From assembly GCA_030704615.1 (NCBI GenBank), contig CM060733.1, positions 20,460,001 through 20,524,000 of the forward strand: DNA of 64,000 bases. Direction: 5' to 3'. This DNA comes from Takakia lepidozioides. Lineage: Eukaryota > Plantae > Bryophyta. Below the pieces are notes generated by a model. It was given only the letters and a program-made list of their open reading frames with translations, did no database searches and had not been told where the DNA came from. The position numbers were made by a program, and so were the translations under genes. This document shows positions 51,992 to 64,000 of this stretch, one piece after another; within the stretch, counting starts at the first letter, position 1; each line of letters begins with the position of its first letter.

Positions 51992-54950
51992 AAGAAAATG
52001 CTCTTGACCAATAGAATCCTTGCATTTTGAGTTAGTATTGGTCTTGGACTGTATTCTAAAGTTCCTGCAGATGAAAGCAGGAAGCTTAGCTATAAGCTTT
52101 TCCATAGATGGAAGGTCCCTTTGACTGAGTATTGACGCACGTAAAGCTCGTAGCATATTGGATGATTAAGTATGCCTCTCTTGCTTGATTGCAAAAGAGC
52201 CACTGATTGCACTTCATTTCAAACCACCACCATTTCGCTCATCATTTGTTAGAACTTGTTGCTTTTAGCAAGGGTTATATGTTGGTTCACCAATACTAAT
52301 GTATTAACAAATATTCGCCATTTCCATAAGATCCAGCCAAGCATAGAGCCTCCTTACCATGCTTCAATACTCAAATGCCCACTGTTGGAGAGGTTTGCCA
52401 ATCTTGGAAAAATGTTATGTAGGAGTGCATCTGGTGAAGTATTTCCAACTGATTGATGTGATTTGGGTTGTAATTACTGATCTTAAATGCATAAAGATGC
52501 AGTGGATGCAAATTATACTAGCAAACTGAAATAGAGAGTAAGAAAGTCCTGAAGCGTTTAAAGCAAATTGTATACTAGGAAGTGAATGCATGATGTGTAA
52601 GTCATCTTTGCCGATTATCCATAACACTTCTTTTTGTGACGTTGTGGACTACCCTAACTTCGTAAGTACGTATTGTCTAGACATATTGTTATTTGATGTC
52701 TTACTAACGTCCCTTAAGTGCCTGTACATAGTTTTTTCTAAAACCAAAATTCACTTACCTCTACCTAATAAATTGAGTCTATTTATGTACGTATTGGGCC
52801 ATGCCTAAAGGCAAGGACTTCGCATTCGCTTGGGTCTACAAGTACCTTAAGGCTAAAAGTAGCTTGGACCAATACAACTAGCTTAAAGACAAATAGTTTG
52901 GATTCGAAATAGGTAGTTCATTTTAGACTTTAGGAGGTTGTGGGTTCAATCCACAATTTTACGAGAAACGCCATAAATTTACGCTTTGGGCCATTACCAT
53001 GATTTATCTTTGCTCGTAGCATTAAGGAAATTATGAACCTATACAATGTACATGAGCTTGAGTACTTTTTTTTTAGCACCTGGAATGAGATGGATTGTCA
53101 CTTGGATTTGGAGCTCAAGATGTCACTTAGGATCGGAAATTGGTAACACTACAACCCCTAACATCTCCTCCTGGCTTTGACCTAATAAATGGTGTTATTT
53201 TGGGTTCCTCTTCCAACAAGATGAGTAGCAATTTCTTTCACTTCACTCTTAATTGTTGTTTGTGCAAGTTTGGTGAATCACCGTGCAGTTTTGTTTGACA
53301 TTTGCGTTCAATTATCGATGCGCAGTACATGTTTCTCAGTGGGAGAGGTTCCAAAACATAGACTTCGAACAACTCCTCTCATCTTTGTATCATCCCTGCA
53401 ATACCCCTTATTGTCTATATTACCCTACTTTCTTTTGTACTCCAGCAGTAGCGGACTTAGCAATCTACATAGACCTGATTTTTCACTCTTATGGGTGAAG
53501 ATTAAGAGGTGTAGTTTGGACTGAATCCTAATGTATCCATTGTATAGCATCATAACAATGTGACAATCAATTAAATTTCAATCTTATGGATCAATAATGT
53601 TTTTGGACATTGAATCTTCTCCTTCTGGGATTTCTCGCGTATACAGAAAATACTCTCCTCCTCTTGGTTTCGAACTTAAAAGTTTGGTTTAATTCTGGTT
53701 ACATGGAGATTGGAAGAAGAAAGATTGGAAGAGTCGAACAAATGGTAAATAAAGAGCCCAATTACGTTCTTCTTGAAGGAGTAGGTCACTAGGCTTTGAA
53801 AACGACCTAGTGATGCCTTTTTGAGGAGGACTTATTCACAGACTTCTCTTACTGCATGTTTTTCACTGTCAAGTAGGAGTATGTTCTCCAAAAACGGATG
53901 ATTACTTACCGAACAAATGAAGTCACGATCTGTAATGGTAGATGACTTCTGAATAGAGGTAGGTTGTTCATCATATGAGTTAGCCAGTCCTAAGGCATCC
54001 TCAATTTCAATGTCTTTCTTATCCCAATAGGATAATTCTTTGAGGACATATCAGTCAGATTTGTATGGTATTCTCGTACTTTATCAAGATATTTACCATT
54101 TCGATTCGCAAAGAGGGCAAGCTTCACCCAATCTTTCAGAGCCAAAGTTTCAAGTGGAAGAATAGGATTCTCGCCACCTCATTGTCCAATGCTGTTGTGT
54201 CCAGCGTTTGAACACTTGAGTGAAAAAACACTGCGCGTGTGATCTGCGCAAGTATTGCTTGTACTGCAGGGATCGGAGGAGGTAAAAGAGACTTGTATCC
54301 CAAATCCGTAAGTTCATCACTCCAATCTAGAGTTAGTATATTTGAGCTCTGCCAGTACCACCAACAACATTACTAGTGCTACATGGTTGAAGCAGAATAT
54401 TAGAAAATATACAAGTATAAAAGGGATAATGTGTACAAAAACCAATAAGTACACTAGTCATATGAAGAGAGAAAATATAGACATGTCTTGTTAAGACAAT
54501 GACAGGACCATTCACATCTTGGTCATTTTGTTGACAAATCAGCCTCAGAATGAGGCACTATCCATTCTTACCTTATACTTCCAGATTCTGATGTATAAGA
54601 CTCGATTAGGGAAGTTTTCTATCTGACTTAAATGTCATTTCATAAGTCCTGGCGGACCTGTATCAGACCCACAGAACACAAAAGCACGGGTGGGAGGGCG
54701 AGAGTTTGATACAGGTAGGGACTGAATGCCACGTCTCGATAATAAGCCAGAGCGTAGGAAAGCAACTGAATTCAAAACACACATGGTTTTTAACAAACAA
54801 AGTATGCTTTGAGCTTAGCTTTAAAAACTTAGAAGGGAGAAGAAGAAATAGGCCAGAGAGATCACTTATATAGCCAAAATCAGAAGAATAATATACTAGG
54901 AGAAAAACAGAGGGGAGTGTGTATCATGAACTAAGATAACAATGGTACTA

Positions 54951-55324
54951 ATCACTGAGAACTTCCAAAAATTCAATCAGACCAAGGTAATACTTGTATA
55001 ATGAATTATTTCGAAAGACTCTCCTCCATCCCTTGCAGACTACTTAGAGGTAGCAATTGTACTATCCAATGTACCACACTCAGAATCACTGAGAACTTCC
55101 AAACATTCGATCGGACCAAGGTAATACATATATAATGAATTATTTTGAAAGACTCTCCTCCATCCCTTGCAGACTACTTGGAGCCTCCTCTGCTCGTTTA
55201 CAGGGCATGCAATATGGTTCTTGAGGTCTTTCCAAATAGGACTGTATTGAAACCGTGATTCAGTGAGATGTAAACGCTCAAACTCCAGAGCCAACTCCTC
55301 CACATATCCATTTGCTGCAGCCAT
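54951..55324 (-). pseudogene. F-box-like gene remnant with an internal ~95-bp duplication
   Basis: RRLQVVCKGWRRVF resembles an F-box motif end. Direct repeats 54951-55045 and 55085-55179. Premature stop. Confidence 0.45.
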
Positions 55325-56191
55325 TATATAGCTACAAGCAAGTTGTGAAGGGATTGTTCATGTTACGGCAAAACTCTTACATAAAATATTGAATCTAACT
55401 CAATATACTGAAAAATATTGCCAGTTACTAGAGAGAATAGAAATGGTAGGAAGATGGAGTATGTGAATAGTGGAGGTTTGAGAGTGCTCAAATGCCCCAA
55501 AAAACCATCGGCTGTAGTTGCAGTTACAGTTGTAGTCAACCTGCAAGCTCAAAACATCATAAAAAGTGAAAGCCCTCACCTGGTCCTATTACATGCCCCC
55601 ACAAAATCAACCAATTAGTGACGGATGTGGAACCCCAGGTGAAAATGGCAGCCCTCATACTTGCTATTTGTTGTCATACATGCATGCAAAAGCAAGAAGG
55701 AAATCACAATGCCAATGTACAGGAAAAAAATCCAAAGACCTTGATTGTCTGTGGAAGATGAGCCTTAGTCATGGCGTCAAATAATTCACAGATAAGAGAG
55801 CATAGACAAAAATTAACGCAGTTGGTTTGCCCAAGAGATAGTGCTATTTATCAAAGAATGAGGACTCCCTGTAGCCCATAGTGGCACAATTAAAAGCGCC
55901 GCAATTCTTTAAATGATTATGGAGAGAAGTCACGGGCATTAAGCGTAGAGACATGCACCGACATCATTTGTGAAGCCTTCATCTTCTTTCCGCCGCCATC
56001 ACGCAGCTCGATACAACGAGCAACGCTCGATTAGGTTTTTCTTAATCAGCTATGGATGAAATTCATAGTCTTGATCGTTTTCAGTGGATAAATCACGAAC
56101 ATCATCCAAAATGGATGATCATATCCATTACATTTTCAGAAAATCAAGAAGAGATTAGAGAGGTTATTGGATGAATAACCTTCAAATAGAT

Positions 56192-56197
<6 letters not shown>

Positions 56198-56266
<69 letters not shown>
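56198..56266. repeat. (GA)n microsatellite
   Basis: About 34 uninterrupted GA units. Shorter (GA)n runs sit at the CobW donor sites near 35915 and 36565. Confidence 0.95.
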
Positions 56267-56271
<5 letters not shown>

Positions 56272-58113
56272 CAAATACTAAAGACCACGAGCAAGATCCA
56301 AACTAAGAGATCAGAAAGAGAGAACTATCAACACTATATTGTACAATGTTCTCATTTCTATTTTCCACTTGCTCTAGTCCGGGTGGGTGGGCAGGGAACA
56401 CAATCTAAGTCTTCCCACACTTAGAATAAACTATGAAAGCTCAAAGACAGTGTAGTACTAGTCCAAGGCAACACAAAACCTCACATCCAAAAGTCGAGCA
56501 TAAAAGCAGAGAGTCATTATAAGGCCCACTAAAGCCCAAAGAGAAAGATGCAATACAAAAGACTAGGAGATGAACTCGTACGCCTGAACTCGAATTTAGG
56601 TGTGTCTCGAACTTGGTGGCGCTGATCCTATTTTTGTGGTGCCTCCAATTGATATCCTCATTAACCTGACTAAGGGAGCAGGAGAGCCTCCAACAATCAG
56701 AAAGTTCGGCGGCCATGACTAGATCGAGTGAGCATCTCAGGTGCAGCCTTGGTGCAAAGGATGTTGCACCACTCCCACAAAGTGTTGAAGTCCTTGCACA
56801 GTTTGGCTCATGGAGCTTTTGTAATTGACAATTGAAGCAAGGGTCATGACACCCCGTAGGCATAGTTGTCGAGTAGCCGCCACCTAAAACGCAGTCAAGT
56901 CCTAAAGCACCCCCTCTTGCCGCCATAAACACTAGAAAATAGAGAGCCCACTAATTTGCCGCCCCACCATGATTAGTTGACGTATTTGACTAACTTAAAA
57001 AGAAACTCATTGTTCAGGAATTTTTTTAAAGAAAAGATGCTATCTATCAAAATCGATTTAACCTACAAATTGATTTTTAGTCGCTGAGATTGGAAGAAAA
57101 AATGTCATATTGAGGTGAACTGAAAAAAAAAGGGTAAAGAAGAGTCACTATTTTGTCCATAATAGAGTTGCATTTGTTTTTACAATATTCAACAAATGCA
57201 CTAGGGCTTTGAAAGCACAAACACTCAACATACATTAGTGAAGGGAAATGAAGTCTAATGTCTACTATCATCAACTTAGAAACATCAACAATGTACGATG
57301 TGAACAATTTGCAAGGGGAAAAATATCACAAAATTGACAAACAACAAACCATGAGCAAGCATCATGTGAGTCGGAGAAGAATCGTCCCCAAAATCTTTCA
57401 TCGTCCCCAATATTGAATGAAAATTTCAGATAAACCACACGAAATTACAAGTGGATTGCGAAGACAGCGGGAGAGAAGAAAGAAGCTTGACAATCCAAAT
57501 TTGTAAGCGTAAATTCATGAATCGTTTTGGAATTTATTGTAAATGAGAGTTAAAACAAAAGTAGTTTTTTCTCCCCTTTATCTAGATTTTGGATTTTTAA
57601 TAAATTATACAAGGTTGCACTGATTGGCGCCCAGCGCCGTAATAATTGAATAACCCGGATCGCAAGCAAACAAAAAATTCTTGAGATTTTGTCCCTACAC
57701 TGAAAAATGTAAATGTTATTTTTCTCTCACCACACAACACTTTCTTTTATAGATGTCATTGCTAAAGTTAGCTTTCAGGGCCTCCAGGGTGGTTATTTTT
57801 TCCACCTAGTGCAATACAATCTTAGTTGATGAAAAAGAATCCCGAACATTTCTCACAAAAACTATTCCATAAAGTCATCCAATTTCGAATTAATTCCCGC
57901 CGCCTCTGCCGGAGTTCTGTTTTGTAACGTTCAATGTTTTGTCAAAAATCGGAGGACCACTGAAATGCATCATACCCAGCATGTAAAATATACCTTGCCA
58001 ACAAAATTCAGAGGCCCTTTATATTCGTCACCGTAATGTGTACGCCGCCACCTGGTCCGAAGCTCTACACCCTGAATAAACAATAAACCTCCTTCTTGCT
58101 CATGTATCTCATC

Positions 58114-58390
58114 CAGTTCTTTTTTTTGAGATTTGGAAAAATAACAGGAGTGGCTACTGAGTTTTGCAAGAAATAGCCATATTTTCTGTTCATCCACTGA
58201 ATCATCCTCCTCTGTACTTTCACCCATGTATATCATCCATATTTGGCAAATTCGTCCATAATTTACATTTCATTTGGAGAAGTTTGGCGATTTCATCCAT
58301 GAGAAAACTGGGCATTTCCAACACAATATTCCATTTTATTTTTTGAGCTCGAAATATTGCGAAAATTCGCCAGAAATAAAAACAAAATGC
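58114..58390. mobile_element. Second copy of the 18040-18307 MITE family
   Basis: Shares GAGTGGCTAC, ATAGCCATA..TTCTGTTCATCCA, ATATCATCCATATTTGG and TTTGGCGATTTCATCCATGA with the first copy. The right end and TSD are not resolved. Confidence 0.75.
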
Positions 58391-59479
58391 AGTCCAGAAA
58401 ATCCTCCATCTATTCCGGTGTGAAAGGGGATGCAGACTTGTGCCTCTGTATGGCTCCTGCAGAATGGACTGGTCTGTGCTCACACTGGCACAAAAACAAA
58501 ACAAAAAGAAAATACTGGCGGCCAAAGAGCCGGCAAAGTTTGAACACGACCGGGGCCGAAAAGCGTGCTCAGATTCCGTTCCCCAAGAAGCCTGTGGCAG
58601 CCCGGGTTGAAATTGATCTCCTGCCCGACGAAGTCCTCGACCGAAGATCGGTCTTCAATTATCTGCCCGACCTTCCGAGACGACTTTTGAGGCCTCAGGT
58701 GTAGAGGTACGAATACAGGACCGTAAATACAGGACCGTAAATACTAATTGTAGCCTAGGCCGGAGGGTATTAGAGAGCGGAGCAGGTCCAGAAGCAATCA
58801 TCAGCAGCTCCGTGCTCAACCATCAATCGTCACAAGCTCCGTCTCTGATCTGAAGCTCCGTGCTGTGTTGAGTTGACTGCCTCTTCCGGAATCCTCCTGT
58901 CGTCGGTGATCTGCTTGAGAGTTATCAGCTTTTGAGGTGATTTGTTTGGTATGATCCGCTCTGTTTTCGTCTTGTGGGTTGGTCTATTTGATATGGTCTG
59001 TTCTGTGTCTTCTTCCACTTCTCTCTCGGTACATTTGAAGTCTTGTTGTGAACCTTCTCCTTGGCCTTTCTCGTCTTGTTGGATACATGGGTCGCATGCC
59101 CATGGATGTCTTTTTTCAATCTGGCATTCAGCTTTTTAGCCCTCCTTTGTGTGTGCAAGTGGTGTTGGAAGTGGAGAGGGATAGACAAAGAACTGAAGAG
59201 AAAACTTGAAGAGAAGAGTTACAAAGGGATGTAGACAGTCCATTTCGTGTCAGTTTGTGCTATGTCACCAAAAGTTTGTTAATTGGATATTCTCATTGCT
59301 TTGTCTCTCGGCGTGCTGCTCAGCCTCTTAAGGACTGAGCGTGGGTCAATGGCGCGGGGGGCATGCTGCGTAGAGAACACATTTCTTCAATCCCATGGTT
59401 GTTTTGTCTTCGTTCCCCTATTGTAACTGACTTGATATATGTATCTGAGCCGATTGGGTTATGGTGGGGCAGAGGCACG

Positions 59480-61467
59480 ATGGCTCTGGGACAGATGGGA
59501 AAAGCTGCGCTGTTGTTTACATTCCCCGGGCTGCTTGCCTTCATCTTTGGCATAATTGCTGAGAACAAGAAGGTAAGTTTCTCATTCACAGATTTACGTG
59601 TGAGCAGTAGTACCCTTTATAGCTTAAGCATCTGATTTGCAGAGAAAGCGAACGAGAGCTTGATAGGCTTTGTGGGAGGCATGGAGCCATAGACTCCCGT
59701 CAGGTGGATCATGTGAAGTGGAAGGCAAGGGTGGCGAAGGGTCTCTCCTTTCCATTTTTCATTTTTGGGGTGGGCCTAGATAGATGTACACTTACAGGCA
59801 AGGAAACCAGAACGTAATTCCGAAGTAGGAAGAAGAGGCACGTTTGCTGACGATGGTGAATGTATGGTGGAGATGCAGCCAACAGGTGACCTGGCACAAC
59901 AATTTCTCCGGGACGGAGGAATCACCGTGTGCAAGTATCCTAAGGACCCTTCAATTGTACTGGGAAGTTTGTCGATTGTGTTTCTCTTCATCTCAACTGT
60001 GATTGCGGTGGTGTCTATCACCTTTCCATACCAGGGAAAGCGTATCTCTGCCAAGGCGCTTTCCAAGAGCAAGACCCTTGTTACTTTCTTCGTATTGACT
60101 TTGTGAGTCTCTCAGCAACTCCACTGTAAAGGAAAGGATGGAAAGACAGTGATTCAATGATGTACTCATGGAGCTCTCTACTTGAGCAATGAAGTGTCCC
60201 TAGCACTAACCTCTTGAGAGCCGGGGATGGATATTCACCCACCAGTACAGGGGGATTCAGGGAGAAAAAGATAGAGACACTCTATTTTCTTGTTCTTGGG
60301 AGCTGGTTAGCCTGGCAAGGGGTGAGGTTAGTCATTTAGAGAGTTTATCGTCAACGCCTCGTTTATTCCTCCAAAGAAAAGAGAGAGAAGGAGAGATAGG
60401 CCCTCATTGACCATTGCCTGGGAACTTTGGCTGTGACGTATCTATAGAGCATGGTCCCTGCAGGATACTAGTTTTCTATAGTCTGTCATGGGGTGTCAAC
60501 CACTCGAGTATACAAGACTAAATCTGAACTTGGGGTATGGGTTGAGTATCAGTTAATGCACCTGCTGGTGTTGCCTCACAGTTCATCAGTGAGGTTGCAT
60601 TCTAGCACTGCTGGTAGAGCCCTCTAGCTGGAGACAGATTGATCAATTTGCCTGGGTGAGTGGTTGCATTGCTCATCAGAGATAAAGAGCAGAATAAAAA
60701 GAGAGAGAAAGAGAAAGAGAAAGAGGGTGCTTATTTGGGGCTCTCAGGAAGCAGGGGTTGGCTGACTGAGGTGCCAACTGTTTCTTTAAGAACGTGCAGT
60801 CGGCTTATTGGCATTTTCTTTCCCTTTAAATTGAGGACCACCTACTCAACTGAAGGGTGGTGGGATCTCGTTTGATAGTAGTGTGAGTAGTGATTTGATG
60901 TGCTGACATGTCAAGCGAATGGCAGTAGTAAAGATGACATGTTAGGCTTTCATTCTAGATACAAAATCTCCAATAAACAACCTATGTCCTCTCTTGAAGA
61001 TTTCACTAGAAATTTTGATTGTAATTCTGAAGTACCCTGGTCCTGATTTCTCATTGCTGAGAGAAGCTTTTCACAGTGACCCTCTGAATTCCCTACATGA
61101 GCACATTCAATCTGTGGGAAGAAGCCAAGGAAATGAAACCATTACTAACTTTGCCTTTCTGTCATGTGGTTCCAGGATTATTTTCCTTGTGTCAGAAGCT
61201 CTACTTTTATGGGCAACAATACTTGAGGGCTTGCACCGTAAGAATAATGCATACCTCAACCTTGTGGGTTCATGCCCAACTGCAAAGGCGGGTCTCTTTG
61301 GAGGGGCTGCCATGCTGTCATTGGATTCAACTCTCTTCTGGCTGATTTGCTTGATGTTGACAGCCAATGTTCGGGAAGACCACTTTGGCTATGACCCTGA
61401 AGAGGATGTGAAAGGCAACTATGGTGATGTCACTGTGACCCCGACATTGATACACCAAGTCGCGTAG
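59480..61467 (+). CDS. DUF1218 family membrane protein (MWL-like), 3 exons
   Basis: Exons 59480-59572, 59879-60102 and 61176-61467 splice in frame: FGIIAENKKP...CKYPKDPSIVLG...CPTAKAGLFGGAAMLSLDSTLFWLICLML. Confidence 0.88.
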
Positions 61468-63300
61468 ATAGTTACCCTGTTTCTCACGCTTTCATCAGAA
61501 TGAAGGTCTTCTCAACATGTAGACCTGTCCTTTAAGCAAAAGGAAGTATTGTATTGTCAAACTGTGAAGCGGTTGAAGGGCTTCATTGACACTTTTTCTA
61601 CGGTGGTGCCCGTCAATGTCTTCTCTGTTTTCGACATATTTGGCTGCTAGCAAAGGCAATCAGCCATTCTTTCTTATGATCCATAGATTCTGTAACCACA
61701 CTCTAGAGACACACAGAAATAGAAGCCTGCACATGTACAGTATCTGTTTACGCTCTCTTCTGGCTGGTTGTTGTATGGACACCATTCAATTGGACAAAAG
61801 ACATTTTACTTTGTTTGCAGAGTGGTTATGGTGTATCTGTGTCTGTCGGTGCCACTCTCTATGCTTGTGTAATGGATTTCTAGAGGATATATGGAAAACT
61901 CAGGATCAATTTCTGTTATAAGGTAAGTCATACTACCGGCGTCAGCCCCTGACATTCTACTCAAACTGGGCACAGGGTCAATGGCCTCAAGGCTACGGCC
62001 GTTGAATACATTCTCTGTGGAGTACCTTCCTGTTCCGCTGTGCTGCCATCGAATAGTATGTATACCAAGCAGGTTTAGGGCATTCACTGTTGGTGTGGGA
62101 CTTGAGAAGTTCATTTGTCTTGGTATGCACTAAAAAGGTCCGGGCCACCCGTCATTGGAGACAAATGTGGAAACCTCAACCACAATCTTGCCTGACCCAT
62201 TTGATTATCTGTTAACTTGGTTATACGCCATTTTTCTTGACAAGAGCTTGTTGTGACCCACCCTCTTCAGGCCTGAACTCTGTGTTGCACACTAAAAATG
62301 ATGAGATCTAGAGCTCAAATTTGGAGCAACCTTTCTGTGATGGTTTCCCTCCTCTCTTTTCCCTCCCTCCTGTCCAACCTTTTCTGCTCTACTCAAGCCA
62401 GGTACATGGCGACAAGGTGACGACATTGATGATTGGAACAGGACATTAGTTTGGGGATGTCAACTAACCAATTTCTATCTTGCTTTATCTGCTTTGTAGA
62501 TAGATACCTTGATTATATAACTCATGCTGTTGGTATTCATTGGAGGCACACAAAAGCTTTGGGGGCTGATATGGGGAGGGGCATGAGGACTGACCACAAA
62601 ATTTCGTTTGTCCTGGTGTTTGAGAAGGGGCACTTGGATGAGAACCATTGGCTTTCAGCTGACATCAGTTTGTCACAACTGAAATAATATGCGAAGCCTC
62701 TAGCCTCGTATAAGCACCAGGAACTGAAGTTGTATAGAGAGAAGACTTGTTGTAAACCTTCCCAGAGAGCCCTGGGACTGCGGAAAACCGAGATAAAGTT
62801 AGTTGGCAGTGAGCGAAGTTCTTAGAGCCTGGCCGCACCTGGCTGTTAGGTAGCGGGTGCTAGCTTGCGGCTCTGCGAAGAAATCAGGTGACAGCCACAC
62901 CTAACTGCTAACAAATGCTGCACAAAAACAAACTCTGCCCAAAAGCTTTTGCCTGAGAAGCTCCTGTCGCTAGTGTGGGTTGCAGCGCAATTGAACCGCA
63001 AGAGCAGCAGTTCCAGAGCAACAAAGAGCAGGGGAAGAGGTGGTGTGAATGCGGGCCTGCAGCTGCCTGGTTTTAGTAGGTGACTAAGATTTAACAGCAG
63101 GGGTGAGGAGGTGTTAAATGTCAGAGGAATCCTTAGTGGCTGAGCGAATCCCGCTGAACAGCTGGGTCCATAACACGCAGATGTGGCCGTCACCTCGCAG
63201 TGAACGGCTGCTAACCTGTTTAGCAGGCTGCTTAGCATGCGGCCGGGGCCTAGGAATAACAAGTTGGGGCAGGCCAGACTTTCACTTATCTGCACGGTAA

Positions 63301-64000
63301 CTGCACCTCAAAAGCAAGATGGATGCTCTTGAATTTGTCATCAGCGTCCCCGTCCTTGTTCACATTAGGATGATACTGCACACACCAGTCTGCTACTGTT
63401 GTAAATCCAAATTCAGGCCCCTGAATGTAGAGATAGAGAAGAAGGCATCCCACTGAAATTGAGATTGTCATTAGTAGAGGGACATGCTGTTTATCCTTGT
63501 ACATTTGACCTAACATACACATAACATTGGACGCAAACCTGGCGATCAAGCTAGTGGAACCCAGTCTTGATGGCAGTGGCTGTAGCATGGCGGTGGAGAC
63601 CTAATACTATGTAGTGGTCCTCTCTGGTGCTCTCATCCTTTTTCCCTCCGTGCTTCATACCTAATTTAACCCTAACTGCCTTGGACTTTGACCAAGTAGC
63701 CAATTCCCAGGGGCGCTTGTGTGCTCCAAATTGAACACATTGTGCTACATATATTCCCCAGCCCTTCTGAGCTTAGGTAGCTGCATAAAAGAGATACACA
63801 CGATTCTGGTACGTATTGAAAAGAGCATTTAGACGACATATTTTTGTGAATATTAATGCAGCTGGCTCTGGTTACTTCTCCGACAAAAGCCAGCCAGAAT
63901 CCTTCTGTCTCCACTGGCATTTCGCACTCAATTCTAGGCCATAGAGCAGGTCTTTTTTCACTCAAGAATGAGCTAATCGGAGACAGATGAAGAACAGGAA
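63301..64000 (-). pseudogene. Partial, pseudogenised duplicate of the DnaJ gene, introns retained
   Basis: Colinear with about 39273-39947. In-frame TAG at 63553-63551 (CGG in the parent). HPD changed to HPN. Similarity stops just after the HPD exon donor. Confidence 0.88.

Noticed and set aside
56441-56932. 163-aa Cys-rich ORF, possible retroelement zinc-finger remnant
   Set aside because: No complete motif or adjoining domain to support a call.
58357-58704. F-box start (IDLLPDEVLD...FNYLP)
   Set aside because: The resemblance is short, a stop follows soon after, and no downstream domain is identifiable.

Overview
Eukaryotic, intron-rich land-plant genomic DNA; the protein divergence suggests a non-seed plant, but I cannot name the species. 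Six host genes can be reconstructed by GT-AG splicing: the 5' part of ATR (-), SPT6/SPT6L with a long WG/GW tail (+), a CobW/ZNG1 GTPase (-), a DnaJ-domain membrane protein (-), a Topors-like RING E3 ligase (-) and a DUF1218/MWL-like gene (+). There is also a pseudogenised partial duplicate of the DnaJ gene and F-box-like debris. Intergenic and intronic space is dense with transposons: a near full-length L1-type LINE with an ATGA ORF1/ORF2 overlap, interrupted by a hAT MITE; an RT fragment in an ATR intron; an AP-endonuclease relic resembling a Helentron C-terminus; a complete TIR-bounded DD35D pogo/Fot-like element with a nested CACTA MITE; and several hAT-type MITEs, three of them with exact 8-bp TSDs. 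I found no clearly novel multi-gene system. The best leads are the Fot-like element, the Helentron-like relic, a 93-bp VNTR that makes a uORF array before the RING gene, tRNA-like A/B boxes inside two MITEs, and an unclassified three-copy dispersed repeat. All family assignments are from recalled motifs, not database searches.
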